In this document: positions 37,914 through 49,921 of the stretch, one piece after another
Layout of the letters: each line of letters starts with the position of its first letter
Position numbering within the stretch: position 1 is the stretch's first letter
Source: Nemertoderma westbladi
Taxonomy: Eukaryota > Animalia > Xenacoelomorpha
DNA length: 64,000 bases
Direction of reading: 5' to 3'
Assembly: GCA_032718475.1 (NCBI GenBank)
Contig: JAUCBJ010006913.1
Location: 16,113-80,112, forward strand
Position numbers and translations under genes: made by a program
The notes under the pieces: model-generated
What the model was told of the DNA's origin: nothing
Seen by the model: only the letters and a program-made list of their open reading frames with translations
The model's database searches: none

Positions 37914-40886
37914 TTACGTTATGGAGTCCCTAGATGTTTGAAGGATTAGGGAGGTGGTCGTGGGAAGAGAATCTTGCCTTCCACAGTTTCCGGAGAGTCC
38001 TCCATTCCCTTCCGATAAACACAAACGACCGACTGGGTGATTGAGTCGCTGCATCCTGAATACAATTCCAGGTTTCCTCTTCGTCCTGGAATAGTGACGA
38101 TAGAAACATCGCTCAAAGTATATGACGGCGTCACAAAGCCGATTCCAGGAGCTATAGTGGTCCGTCGCTCTCTGCAGGAGAGGTGAGAGTCTCTGCGAGA
38201 CGTCTGATGTTCCAGAGCTCCAATCGCTCTCTCTGATCTTCATGAAGGATCCACTCGCGGTGGGGAGGCCCAGATCCACGGCGTCGTCCCTGGCAACATG
38301 TAATACCGACAGATCTATCCCGGGTTCAAATAACTCCGATCCACACGTCCGGGTTTCAGGTTCGACTTTCTCCGCTCCCTTGGCTGGTATAATCTCAGTC
38401 GGAGTAAGATGGGGAGGCCATTCATTCTCCTTACTCAGGAAGTCGGGTTCACCTAATCGGTCTGTAGTATCTGTCAGTTCTTGAGGAGTTGCTCCTCTGG
38501 AAGCGATGTCAATTGGATTAAACTTCTTGGGGCAATATCTCCATTGATCTACATTGGAGCTAAGATTGTCATTATCTGAGGAGTGTGGTGTTCCCTCAGT
38601 TGGGTCGTCTCCCTCACTAGTATCATCTTCCCATTCACTCACCTGGCAGACGCGATCTTGAAGCAGTCTTTCCCTGAGCGTTCTACGGGAAGGTCCAGTA
38701 AGGTACCAACCTACTCTAGTTCTTACCGCATAGGTCTGTAGTGGCTGCGGTTGAGCAGGTCGTTTCTCTAATGTCTCCAGCGCCTCATGCGCGTTTTGGC
38801 CGATGAGTATTTGCACTCCAGGATAATCAGTCTGGAATCGAGGTATGTTAAGATGTTGGATGCTCTCATCCTCGTCCCAATTATAAAGGTCTGCTTGAGT
38901 AGTAGCGAAGTTCTTTATAGCCACCATTTTCACTGACCTTATGCTGTGTTCTCCTAGTTCGTCTTGTGGGGTGGACAACGCGCCTACATAATAATCAGCT
39001 GTTATTGTAGATTTCCAAACTTGCATAATGCCAGACATGTTGAGCTTAGTTTGGAACTTGGGCTGTCCAGCAAATATATCTTCGGCTAGCTCTTTATCGA
39101 TGAATGTTCCTGTGCTGCCGGAGTCCAGGAGGGCGTTCACTACATAACTCCGTTTAGGTCCGTGCACCCTTACTTGCACCACAGGAAACTCTCGGATCCC
39201 TACATTGGAAGTTGGCGCTTTCCAAGATGGTTGTTGATCGGAAGTAGTTAAGGTAAGGTCGCTGTCTGTGTCTTTCTCATGTACGAGTGCTCGATACACT
39301 GCGGTGGTGTTTATTAGGTAACAGGATTCGTTTTGGTCGGAGAACTCGTCCGTATAGAATCCTTCCATCTCAGATTGATCAGTGTCGTTCACATCACTGA
39401 ATTGGACATGTAGTTCGGACTCACTTACCTGACTCGGGCTGTTTCGTTCGAATTCCGTGTGCAACAAGATATGATGTTTTGCGCCGCACTTTGCACACCT
39501 TGCGTCGGAGTTACAGGTTCGCCGTTGGTGTCCTCGTCTGAGGCAATTATAACACAACCGCTTATCCCACATGACTTCACGTCTATCCTTTAGTGATTTC
39601 CTCAGGAATTTATCACACGCATTTAAACGGTGGGGCCCGTCGCACAGCACACATTTCGGCTTGATGTTACTGACTTTAACCTGTGCTATGTGGTGCACAC
39701 TTGTTCTTTCCTCGGGCTTTCTCACCTGAATTCTTTTAGGAGACGTAGGAAGGGTTTTTTGTACCGGTTCCCTTCTGTCATTGGGTCGAGACTCGGATTT
39801 ACTTACCTGATCTTTAGGCATTTTATTGACATAATAAGATCTGTCAGTGTCTTTCCCGCTGTCCTCTCCTTGAGAAGTTTGGCTTTCACCATCGTCGGTA
39901 TAACATACTGGTGTTACCCTTCTCTTAGAAACGGGTTTCTCACTTACCTTGTTTTCCAATGTCTTCTCTCTGGACTGCCTTAGGAGCTGTAATTTCACTT
40001 CTCTATCTAAGAATGACATGAGATCAGTCATGGTAGGGTCTCGTCGTTGTTGTTCCATCATATATAACACCTTCTTATCCCAGCGTGTACCTACTCCACC
40101 CTTGGGCAAAGTAGATGCTAAGGCTCCTACAACCATAGAATTCTGGTATTCATGAGACTTACCTAACCAATCTAGTTGTCTACAGATCTCCTGAATCTCA
40201 TCGGAAAACTCTATAATCCCGCTGCTAAGAAACTTTCGGGGCGCCATTAATTTCGCATATAAATACCTAGCTATGTTAGTCCTATTACCATACCTGATGT
40301 TTAGTGTATCCCAAACTTGTCTTAATCCATCTGGATGTCCAATAAATTTTAACGCCATTGACTTGGGAGGTCCTTCCAAGCACTCGATGAGGAATCTAAG
40401 TTTCTCTCCATTAGATAGTACAGAGTTCTGTATGTTATCTTTGTAATATTCATTAAAAGGTAACCATTTCATCTCATCTCCATTGAACTTGACGATCTCT
40501 CCCACCTTCACCGCTTGCCGGGCTTCGGTTCTAGCCATTTGACGCGTAAAACTTTCTTGGGCCATCGTGTTATTTAATATCGAATTATCGGTATATAAAT
40601 TTCTCGGATTATGATCAGTTCTATAGGGAATATCATTATCAACAGGTCTATAATTACCCTTAATAGGGTTCACTATAGGAGTTTCTACTTCGCTAGCAGT
40701 ATAGATGCGTGTAGGCTCCACACCTTGCGCATGAGATACTTCAGACCTAACGGGTTGACACATTGTTACAGAGGGTGGTGGTATACCCTTTTTTAAGTTT
40801 ACTAATTTATCGCGTTCTAACGCGATACTTTGCTGCACTTCTTGCACGCTTACGTCCTTCTGGGCTCCTCCCCGAGGCGCACCCAC
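37914..40886 (-). CDS. BEL/Pao gag-protease with an RNase H C-terminal remnant
   Basis: DUF1759-like KFNGDEMKWLPF...EKLRFLIECLEG; three Zn knuckles CVLCDGPH, CYNCLRRGH, CAKCGAKHHILLH; protease ALLDSGS; QWRYCPKKFNPIDIASRG resembles BEL WRHVP..NPADLASRG. No YxDD or DDE region. True start uncertain. Confidence 0.88.
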   Translation of the reverse strand: MGAPRGGAQKDVSVQEVQQSIALERDKLVNLKKGIPPPSVTMCQPVRSEVSHAQGVEPTRIYTASEVETPIVNPIKGNYRPVDNDIPYRTDHNPRNLYTDNSILNNTMAQESFTRQMARTEARQAVKVGEIVKFNGDEMKWLPFNEYYKDNIQNSVLSNGEKLRFLIECLEGPPKSMALKFIGHPDGLRQVWDTLNIRYGNRTNIARYLYAKLMAPRKFLSSGIIEFSDEIQEICRQLDWLGKSHEYQNSMVVGALASTLPKGGVGTRWDKKVLYMMEQQRRDPTMTDLMSFLDREVKLQLLRQSREKTLENKVSEKPVSKRRVTPVCYTDDGESQTSQGEDSGKDTDRSYYVNKMPKDQVSKSESRPNDRREPVQKTLPTSPKRIQVRKPEERTSVHHIAQVKVSNIKPKCVLCDGPHRLNACDKFLRKSLKDRREVMWDKRLCYNCLRRGHQRRTCNSDARCAKCGAKHHILLHTEFERNSPSQVSESELHVQFSDVNDTDQSEMEGFYTDEFSDQNESCYLINTTAVYRALVHEKDTDSDLTLTTSDQQPSWKAPTSNVGIREFPVVQVRVHGPKRSYVVNALLDSGSTGTFIDKELAEDIFAGQPKFQTKLNMSGIMQVWKSTITADYYVGALSTPQDELGEHSIRSVKMVAIKNFATTQADLYNWDEDESIQHLNIPRFQTDYPGVQILIGQNAHEALETLEKRPAQPQPLQTYAVRTRVGWYLTGPSRRTLRERLLQDRVCQVSEWEDDTSEGDDPTEGTPHSSDNDNLSSNVDQWRYCPKKFNPIDIASRGATPQELTDTTDRLGEPDFLSKENEWPPHLTPTEIIPAKGAEKVEPETRTCGSELFEPGIDLSVLHVARDDAVDLGLPTASGSFMKIRESDWSSGTSDVSQRLSPLLQRATDHYSSWNRLCDAVIYFERCFYRHYSRTKRKPGIVFRMQRLNHPVGRLCLSEGNGGLSGNCGRQDSLPTTTSLILQTSRDSIT

Positions 40887-42110
40887 AAGGCGGACGCTTT
40901 TCCACTACCCTTGGGGCCAGTCCGACTCCGTTTTTATCAGACCGGGCCGGAGGGTAACCCGATGCTTCCCGGGTTCAATTTTCAATCCCCCGATCACACC
41001 GGCACAGCTCGTCGTGTGTAGCCGAACGGCGGATCAAAGTTCGCCTACTGTCAACTTACTGTGGCCTGACTGTACATTGAGCCAACTCAGAGAGTCAACC
41101 GGCGGGTGGACCAGTCGATAGCGATCGAGCATCAAGGTCGCCCTTGAGCCAAACCGACGGTCTTGTCCCATGTGGGCTTGCGCTACCCAGCATGGAATAT
41201 TGACCGTTTTCACCTGCCTCGCCGGCAGTATTGAGGGGAAGTCGGTTCCACCAACAATACTGACTAGCTTAAAGCTAAGCTAAGAACAAGTCACCACTTA
41301 CCAGTCACTGTACACATGTACTCAATAGATGCTCACGAAATCGAGTACACTACGGTAGACACAAAATCGGACACATACCATGCACACACAGAAGACATAA
41401 TCGGGAATAGACGAAATCGGGGACAAAATCAGAGGGGACAAAAATTGTATCGACTGTTAAAGAGTCGAGAGTACCTTATTTTGCCGTCAGGGCAAAATAA
41501 CTTTGTGTGCACAAAGTATGCTGGGGTGCAGTAAAGATATGGTCCTACTAATAACCGGCGGCGACTGAACCAACCGGCAAGGTTTCCCACACTCACTCGC
41601 AGTGGCCATACACACACTCACGTATACCACGTACACACACAAACCACAGATTCCAGAGTATCATTCACTCGGACCACACTACAACACTAACCCCTCCTTG
41701 CAGCCGATATTCCGGGTGCCACCTCCATTCCAATAGTAGTACCAACAGAATCATCAGAACGTGTCCATTCCGATGCAACACCTCCATTCCAATAGTGCTA
41801 CCCTGGGAAAAAACACGTTTTGGCAACCGATCGGAGACAGTACAGAGTCTGGTCAACTCATACATACCAAACATAGACCTACCACATAAACCACATAAAC
41901 CACAGATCACACTAAGCCACCACCCCTACTGTGTACAGGACTGGCAGTACGGCAACAGGCCGACTAGACGGTACCACGGCACCATGTTAATTCATGGTTC
42001 GCAAGACACGAGGGCCTTCAGTAACTCCCCTGCACTATAGTAAGGATTTAACGTGCCCCCAGACCCTCACGAGTCCGCCGCCGCCTGTTTAGAGCACCCC
42101 TATAGAGACC

Positions 42111-43403
42111 TCACCTCCTTAGGCACTCTAACTTACTTTCCCTCACTGTTCCTTTTAAATGTTGGACAGTCCCTTCCAACTCTCGGACCTGTTGGGAAGA
42201 GCGTATCCAATTCTCCTTCATCTCTCCTAGGAGAATATCCATCCCCCGCCGTCTCTCGTCTACCCAATCAACCGCCGAAACGGGATCCGCCAACGTCGTA
42301 GCGGGCAAACGAGGGACAACGGGTGACAAATTTGGAATATTTCGCTCGGGGTCCAGGACCTGAACTGTCTCCTGGGCAGTTCTACGGGGCACAGGTAGCT
42401 TAGTGCTATGCAGAGGGAATTTATAGGTAGCTTCAGGGAGCACAGGTGTATCTATTACCGAAGGGGTGATTTCAAGAACAGGCCTACTTATTTCAGGCTC
42501 ATCTACTATAGTAGGGAGTCTTTCTATTTTAATTATTTGGTCTGTGGGTTCTGTACTCTCTAAGTTGGTGTTATTTAGTTGCCTTCTAACAGCTGGAGGC
42601 AAATCAGGCAATTTCTGACGGTGGAATGTTCTTTTACGTCTGCTTAGGCGGGATCGATTTGCTCCGCCTTCAGTGTCGGTGGTATCGCCTTCCTCAGATG
42701 ATGTATAACCTTGTCGTTTGGGAGTAGATCGATTCATCATCTGCATATTACTAGCTGTTAACTGTTTATTAAAGTTATCTTGCCTCTCTTGAAGATTTTC
42801 CAACTCTAGTTGGGTTGTCTCTTCAGATGCCCTCCGTTCTGCTTCTGCCACTGCTATCTTTCTTTCCGCTTCTGCCGCTGCCGCTTTCCTTTCCGCTTCT
42901 ACGGCTGCAGCTGCCGCTTTTGCCTCTGCCGCTGCCGCTTTCCTTTCCGCTTCTACGGCTGCAGCTGCCGCTTTTGCCTCTGCCGCTGCCGCTTTCCTTT
43001 CCGCTTCTACGGCTGCAGCTGCCGCTTTTGCCTCTGCCGCTGCCTCTGCTGCCTTTCTTTCCGCTTCTGCCGCTGCCACTGCCGCTGCTGCTGTCTTTCT
43101 ATCTTCTATACGTTTTTTCCTTACTTGTTCTTCCTTTTCTCTAGCGATGCGGAGTTGTTCATCGAATTTAGCTTGGTTCGCCGCTAACCTATCCACATCA
43201 ATCGCATCTAACACAAGTTTGGCTCCTTCGCTATTAGGGCTAAGTCCCTCTAGCCTTCTCCTCAACTCTTCATCTCCTAAAAAACGCTGATAGTCTGACA
43301 GATAGATGTCAATGGCATCCCTCTTATGCGGTTTCTCTGCTGTCACTTCGCTCTCGGTTGTATCTAGTAGACTGTCTGACAGGTTCTGCTTTGCGTCAGA
43401 CAT
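42111..43403 (-). CDS. Accessory ORF upstream of gag: Ala/Glu/Lys-rich coiled-coil protein of unknown function
   Basis: 430-aa ATG-initiated ORF with 18-aa AAAAEAKAAAAAVEAERK repeats; N-terminus shared with the ORF at 63279. Confidence 0.7.
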   Translation of the reverse strand: MSDAKQNLSDSLLDTTESEVTAEKPHKRDAIDIYLSDYQRFLGDEELRRRLEGLSPNSEGAKLVLDAIDVDRLAANQAKFDEQLRIAREKEEQVRKKRIEDRKTAAAAVAAAEAERKAAEAAAEAKAAAAAVEAERKAAAAEAKAAAAAVEAERKAAAAEAKAAAAAVEAERKAAAAEAERKIAVAEAERRASEETTQLELENLQERQDNFNKQLTASNMQMMNRSTPKRQGYTSSEEGDTTDTEGGANRSRLSRRKRTFHRQKLPDLPPAVRRQLNNTNLESTEPTDQIIKIERLPTIVDEPEISRPVLEITPSVIDTPVLPEATYKFPLHSTKLPVPRRTAQETVQVLDPERNIPNLSPVVPRLPATTLADPVSAVDWVDERRRGMDILLGEMKENWIRSSQQVRELEGTVQHLKGTVRESKLECLRR

Positions 43404-44849
43404 GCTTATGTGTACAGTTGAATGTCTACTGCTGTATTACAGTCTGAGCAAGTCTAGTAACTCAGTATTAACTGCTAGCCTAGTAATTAATTACCGATAC
43501 TGCTACTCAGTGTAGCGTGATATATATATAATATATTAAAATACCGGTATGCTTATAGTATATATAAGTATTATTACAGACTAGGTTTATCTCAGAATAC
43601 CAGTATAATTTTAGCACAAATATATATAAATATATAATAGGCCTATCGGGAATACCGGTATACAGCTTACGGTTTGTAGTATATATAGTTCTGGACTAGA
43701 ATTAATTACAAGTACCGGTATAATTTCAGCCTAAATTTATAGAAATAAAGATAATAGGCCTATCGTAAATACCGGTATGCAGTTTACACTTATAGTATAT
43801 ATATATAAGTATAATTACAAACTAGAATTAATTACAGAATACCGGTATGATTTCAACCCAAAATTTATAAAAATAAATATAATAAGCCTATTGTAAATAC
43901 CGGTATATCAATTATTTTAAATAACTGAATTTCTGAATTTTAATGGTTACTTGGTTACTTTAACTTACTTTATTGCCGTTATTTAAGCAGTAGTCCAACT
44001 GATATTGAGACCTAATTGTTGTATGGCAGGCCTACTATTTATAAATCGTTTAGTTGATTTATAATATATATATACCCGTTTTAATGGGTTTTGTCAATGT
44101 TGAAATAAATGTTATTATTTCTGGGGAGTAATCACTACACAAAGCGGTGCGCTTTCAGTGAAGTGTTACTTATAGGACACTAAAACAAATAATGCTAATT
44201 TACCTAAGTTACTTAATACTACAAATTACGTACAATTCGGGTGAGATTACAATCTCTAAATAAACATAAAATTTACAAAACACAAAATACGAATTTTTAG
44301 GGTAATTTTACAAGAAGTCTACAAACCAGCCTAACAAAGGGTTAGAATTCTGGTTATTACAACGGACAGGGTACTACGGTATTTGAAATAATAAGTAGTA
44401 GTAAATACACTGCGTTGTCCAGATAGAAAAATACCACCGCCTGACGACCTATAGCCGTATCGCTATAGGTTCTACGTTATGTATCACGGAGTGTTCCTAC
44501 CTAGAAGTTAATAGAGCTAATCGAACGTGCCTATCAACCACTTTACAACACAAATATAATGTCTACACTAATTACTTCGGAAAGTACTGTACACTAAACC
44601 CTAAATTAGGTACGAGTACTTGTACAACAGATAATCAGTAGTTAAATATACTTGAACAGCTAAAAGAACCGCGGCATCTGCTGGAGTGACCGATGCACAA
44701 AATCACCAGTCTTTACCTACGCCAAGCAGCCCGTGTAGTACCGGGGTTAATTTAACTATAGCGGTATGTATAACAAACACAATTACTGTAGGAACAAACT
44801 TGGGGAATGAATGTTGCGGATAATCGCATAAACTCTGAATAATAAATAT

Positions 44850-45420
44850 TACGCTATGCGTACAAACTACTCAAACAAAATGCAGACCGAACACTGACAG
44901 ACTACTATCAAGCCTAAACAAACTACAGGACATGCAGACTCCGAAATGATTAGGGAGTATGCGTTCTAACCCAGTAGTACGACTTATTCTTTAGTTGGGG
45001 GTTTACCTTACAGCGTTCGCTGCCCCTACTTCCTAACCGTACTTAATCGGACAAGTGATCTACACACGCTGCAATCCGTTCAGACCTAATAACAGCCAGA
45101 CAACTATCCAGCCTACAAATTATCTAAATAAAATTATACGCTACCCGTACAGACTTACACAAACAAAGTACAGACTAAACGATGGCAGACTACTCTCAAG
45201 CCTAAATAAACTACAGGACATGCAGACTCCGAAATGATTAGGGAGTATGCGTTCTAACCCAGTAGTACGACTTATTCTTTAGTTGGGGGTTTACCTTACA
45301 GCGTTCGCTGCCCCTACTTCCTAACCGTACTTAATCGGACAAATGATCTACACACATTGCAATCCGTTCAGACTTAACAGCAATCAGACAACAGCTCAGC
45401 CTACAAATTGTCTGTACAAT
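44850..45420. repeat. Approximately 288-bp tandem duplication in the 5' leader of element 1
   Basis: CTACAGGACATGCAGACTCCGAAATGATTAGGG at 44923 and 45211; an equivalent duplication lies at about 61400-61950 in element 2. Confidence 0.85.
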
Positions 45421-45768
45421 CTGATCAGGCTTACACGCCTTCTGTTCAATACTGGCCTACAAACAAATAAAACTGACAGAAATAAGTAAAATCTCAATAA
45501 AAAACCAGGGCGGCCGTTCCCTGATTAAGTATTAAGACCTACCGGTATACAACAATCAAATCGAATAATACTAATGTACTTATACGGGAAGTACCGGTTA
45601 GGACAGTTAGGCCTACGGACCTACAGAAGTACCGGTTCTGGCAGTTGGGCCTACTGACCTACGGCAGTACCGGTTCTGGCGGTTGGGCCTACTGACCTAC
45701 AGATGTACCGTTCAGGTTTACCGGTTGACCGGTACTTTCAACTTTATTGCTTACTGCAACAAAGAAGC

Positions 45769-45780
45769 TATATCCTTTAA
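45769..45780 (-). promoter_or_regulatory. Non-tRNA primer-binding site of element 1 (TTAAAGGATATA), complementary to LTR positions 46521-46532
   Basis: Abuts the 5' LTR, has no TGG start, and forms a perfect 12-nt inverted match within the LTR. Confidence 0.7.
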
Positions 45781-46973
45781 TGTTCGCGCTTTCAGACCTA
45801 TGGCAGTTTAACCCACCAAATTAAGATGTCTTCTAGATATTAAATCGGTTTTTAGTCTATGACAAGTATTTGATTCACTACACTAGTCGAAACCAATCTG
45901 TGCGCGATCATTCACCCGCTGGATATTCCCGGGAGATTGGGTTCGACGGTTTAATTTTATTGCTATGTAAGCCTAATGTATTATTCGACTGACAGTATTA
46001 TATAATCTCTGACAATATTATTCACCTTCGGGAATATTAACAGTTCCTTTAGGACGTGGCGCTTTATCTATATAAACAGAGTTATGACTTAAACTACTCA
46101 CAACAATATGGCTCAATTATAATTCACATATATGGCGCATTCTTTAGGAATTGCTTCTTTAACAGACTCACTCATACACAATGCTGCACAATACTGCACA
46201 CTAATCTGCCAATCTTCACTGATTTTAGTCACATATAAAAGGAACACAGACTGACTCATGTAGGGTCTATCAAATAACATTATATTCAATTCAAACCACT
46301 TTAACATAAGTCACAATCGTTATTGGTAACCTTTCTCTCTTACCTTCGGTATATCAAGAATATTGGGTTTCGGGGTTATTTATCGTTATTCCAAATATAA
46401 TAATTCATCAACCATATTATGAAGAACTGACAGTAAATAGCAGTATAAAACAACAATGAAAACACTGATTGTTATGAGTTTGCAATGTTTCAGCAGTCAG
46501 TATGTATGATCAGTTAGCAGTTAAAGGATATATGTCTTTATAATTAAACCTACTAGTGTAAGACTAAAAACTGAAACACGGAGGTGCCAAAAGCCGGTTC
46601 TTAGGCTCTGGGCAAAAACATAACACTGAACTACTGAGTTTCTGTATATACCTCCAACACAGAGACAACAAACGCTCTGATTGGTCAACCTGAACAACGA
46701 GAGAACAAAGAAACAAAGAAACGTCGACGTGGCAATATCAGCTGCTAGCCGACGTCATGGTAGCGACACTGTTTTCAAGAGTATCGAGCTTTTACGTCAC
46801 GGAATTACGGATTATGTCCTCTAAAGTACAAATACAGAAGAAATAGCTTTTATGTCCGCTAAAACACCAGTACAGCAAGGACACGGCCTTTTTATGCCTG
46901 GTAAACCAACTACAGAGTATTTTACGGGAAAAATAAGGAAAAATAACCGGACAATTCAGCAAAAGCTTTTACA
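45781..46973 (-). repeat. 5' LTR of BEL element 1
   Basis: Direct repeat of 33657-34849, upstream of the minus-strand ORFs. Confidence 0.96.
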
Positions 46974-48133
46974 TAGGCCTAGACCTACAGTGTGTGTCAA
47001 TATGTAAAATAGCACTTGGAGTAGGCCTAGAGATACAGTGTGTGCCAGTAAGTAAAATAGCACTTGGAGTAGGCCTAGACCTACAGTATGTATCAATATG
47101 TAAAATAGCACTTGGAGTAGGCCTAGACATACAGTGTGTGCCAATATGTAAAATAGCACTTGGAGTAGGCATAGACCTACAGTGTGTGTCAATATGTAAA
47201 ATAGCACTTGGAGTAGGCCTAGAGATACAGTGTGTGCCAGTAAGTAAAATAGCACTTGGAGTAGGCCTAGACCTACAGTGTGTGCCAATATGTAAAAAAG
47301 CACTTGGAGTAGGCCTAGACCTACAGTGTGTGTCAATATGTAAAATAGCACTTGGAGTAGGCCTAGAGATACAGTGTGTGCCAGTAAGTAAAATAGCACT
47401 TGGAGTAGGCCTAGACCTACAGTGTGTGTCAATATGTAAAATAGCACTTGGAGTAGGCCTAGAGATACAGTGTGTGCCAGTAAGTAAAATAGCACTTGGA
47501 GTAGGCCTAGACCTACAGTGTGTGTCAATATGTAAAATAGCACTGGGAGTAGGCCTAGATATACAGTGTATGCCAGTATGTAAAAAAGCACTTGGAGTAG
47601 GCCTAGACCTACAGTGTGTGTCAATATGTAAAATAGCACTTGGAGTAGGCCTAGAGATACAGTGTGTGCCAGTAAGTAAAATAGCACTTGGAGTAGGCCT
47701 AGACCTACAGTGTGTGTCAATATGTAAAATAGCACTTGGAGTAGGCCTAGAGATACAGTGTGTGCCAGTAAGTAAAATAGCACTTGGAGTAGGCCTAGAC
47801 CTACAGTGTGTGTCAATATGTAAAATAGCACTTGGAGTAGGCCTAGAGATACAGTGTGTGCCAGTAAGTAAAATAGCACTTGGAGTAGGCCTAGACCTAC
47901 AGTGTGTGTCAATATGTAAAATAGCACTTGGAGTAGGCCTAGAGATACAGTGTGTGCCAGTAAGTAAAATAGCACTTGGAGTAGGCCTAGACCTACAGTG
48001 TGTGTCAATATGTAAAATAGCACTTGGAGTAGGCCTAGAGATACAGTGTGTGCCAGTAAGTAAAATAGCACTTGGAGTAGGCCTAGACCTACAGTGTGTG
48101 TCAATATGTAAAAAAGCACTTGGAGTAGGCCTA
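46974..48133. repeat. 48-bp satellite, about 24 units, mostly alternating A/B monomers (96-bp dimer)
   Basis: TAGGCCTAGACCTACAGTGTGTGTCAATATGTAAAATAGCACTTGGAG alternates with TAGGCCTAGAGATACAGTGTGTGCCAGTAAGTAAAATAGCACTTGGAG. Confidence 0.97.
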
Positions 48134-48422
48134 AGTAGTATAGAAAACAACTAAATGAGCGCACCAACTATCCCAGGTTAAAATTGACTCCTTATAATGC
48201 ATGTGGAGCTACTTCAATATATATTAAGCAAATAATAGGTTCTCACACGCTGATCAAAGGTCATTGTAGATAAAAAAAAACTGTGAATGTATGAGTAGGC
48301 TTTGGTTTGGAAACTAAGGTATTGAAACCTCCGAGGTATTGAAAGTTAATTAAAGTAATTTTTATAATGACTTGCATTCTATATAGTTTACAATAATAAT
48401 ATAATATAATATTTAAATCATA

Positions 48423-49193
48423 TTAAATAGGTGTAAATTTCCAACCTAAGATTTTAAAAATTCTTTTGCAAATATCATTGTGAAACTCTTTAGCATTTTC
48501 TGTTTTTAATATAGTAAAATTTTCAATATTGCAGGGGTGTTCATGCCTACGTAGAAACTGAAACAATAAGTACTGTAAACTGAGAAAGTTCTTGCGTTGT
48601 ATATGCAGTGTATTATATACCACAATGAATCTATTGAAATCACATAAGAGTTTTGTTTCTAAATGACTAATATTGTCTATTTGATTATTAGTAATAACTT
48701 GATAGATAAAATTAGCATTCTTGTAATGTTTAGCATAATTTATTTCTTTTAAACATCTTGTGATATCTTTTCTTGTTATAGAAGAGTATCTATTTTCAGA
48801 ATCCTCAACCAATAGATTGTTCTCTTGAAATTTTTTTGTTATCTCTCTCAATAAATGATCTGGAATTCTACAAAATTGTAGTCCTTGATACTGTTTGATG
48901 CAAGATTTGAAATAAGCTTCTCTACTATATTTAAACTCTGTACTATGTTTATTATAATTATTATTATTATAAGAAGAATTTAAAAGTTCCATGAATTCTT
49001 TTATAACTCCACACTCAACACAGACTTTCCTATGATTAATGAATTCAAAATCTTTTCCATTACATGATTTACAACCTTCTTGTATTTTCTTTTTGAAATC
49101 TTGTTTAGGTTCATGCATATTAGATAAAAACGCCCATTGTTCCTTAGTAAATAAATTACATTTATTGGTTGCATCTTTGTTATAGCCATCCAT
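48423..49193 (-). CDS. VLTF3-like (poxvirus A2-like) late transcription factor
   Basis: Zn ribbon CKSC...VCVECG, YSREAYFKSCIKQYQG, RKNFLSLQYLLFQFL, C-terminal HNDICKRIFKILGWKF. Confidence 0.8.
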   Translation of the reverse strand: MDGYNKDATNKCNLFTKEQWAFLSNMHEPKQDFKKKIQEGCKSCNGKDFEFINHRKVCVECGVIKEFMELLNSSYNNNNYNKHSTEFKYSREAYFKSCIKQYQGLQFCRIPDHLLREITKKFQENNLLVEDSENRYSSITRKDITRCLKEINYAKHYKNANFIYQVITNNQIDNISHLETKLLCDFNRFIVVYNTLHIQRKNFLSLQYLLFQFLRRHEHPCNIENFTILKTENAKEFHNDICKRIFKILGWKFTPI

Positions 49194-49324
49194 TAGTTTT
49201 AATTTAGTGGTTGATTCTTTAAATTAAAACTTTTATTCGCAGTAGAGTGGGGGAGCTGATGGAATATTGACTTCTTCATCTTTTTTGCCATCAAAGTTTG
49301 TTATTAACATGAAAAGACAACAAA

Positions 49325-49903
49325 TTACCTTATACTTTGGTTGTGTTCCTGTATAATGTTTTCGTAATGATTTTGAAGACGTTGTTCTTTTAAAAATTTT
49401 TTGTCTTTTTTTTCAATTTCTTTTATTTCTTTCGGCTTAACTCCATTAAGCCGCTTACTACTTTGTTCAAATTCATTTATCAACATTTGAAAAGCTTGAA
49501 GCTCTTCTAATGTAATCTCTTTATCATCCCTACATTTTAAGAAAAATATTTCCATTTTATTTAAATAAGTGTTTATATGATTACATTTTTCGCTAAAATA
49601 TCTTTTGCGCTTTTGAGTTAATCCCTCAACCAATAGGCTACCAAGTGCTGTATTAAATAATGTAACACCACTCAAAATTAGTGGAACAAAGGGGATGCTT
49701 AATGGACCAGTTGTTATTATAGTAGCCCCACTCAATAAGCAGGCAACTGAAATGATGATACATTTTATAGTAGTATTTGCAGTAGACCACTTTCTCTTAA
49801 TTTTTCTGTAATGAATTAATTTTTCATTGAGTTGTTTTTGTTTGTCTAGCATATAATTTATTTTATCATCTATTAATTTTGGATAAATGTTTTCACTCGT
49901 CAT
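49325..49903 (-). CDS. Polinton hypothetical membrane protein
   Basis: Basic N-terminus followed by two hydrophobic segments (CIIISVACLLSG..., FVPLILSGVTLF...). Confidence 0.7.
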   Translation of the reverse strand: MTSENIYPKLIDDKINYMLDKQKQLNEKLIHYRKIKRKWSTANTTIKCIIISVACLLSGATIITTGPLSIPFVPLILSGVTLFNTALGSLLVEGLTQKRKRYFSEKCNHINTYLNKMEIFFLKCRDDKEITLEELQAFQMLINEFEQSSKRLNGVKPKEIKEIEKKDKKFLKEQRLQNHYENIIQEHNQSIR

Positions 49904-49921
49904 ATTTTTATTATGTAAAGA

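Larger units (their letters stand above)
33657..46973 (-). mobile_element. 13.3-kb BEL/Pao-type LTR retrotransposon, non-autonomous (no recognisable RT or integrase)
   Basis: Two 1193-bp LTRs with TG...CA ends, 5-bp TSD TAGGC (33652-33656 and 46974-46978), short purine tract GGGAGCGG before the 3' LTR, BEL-type gag-protease ORF. Confidence 0.93.

Noticed and set aside
46956-48167. Three ORFs of about 390-400 aa
   Set aside because: Translations of the 48-bp satellite in several frames.
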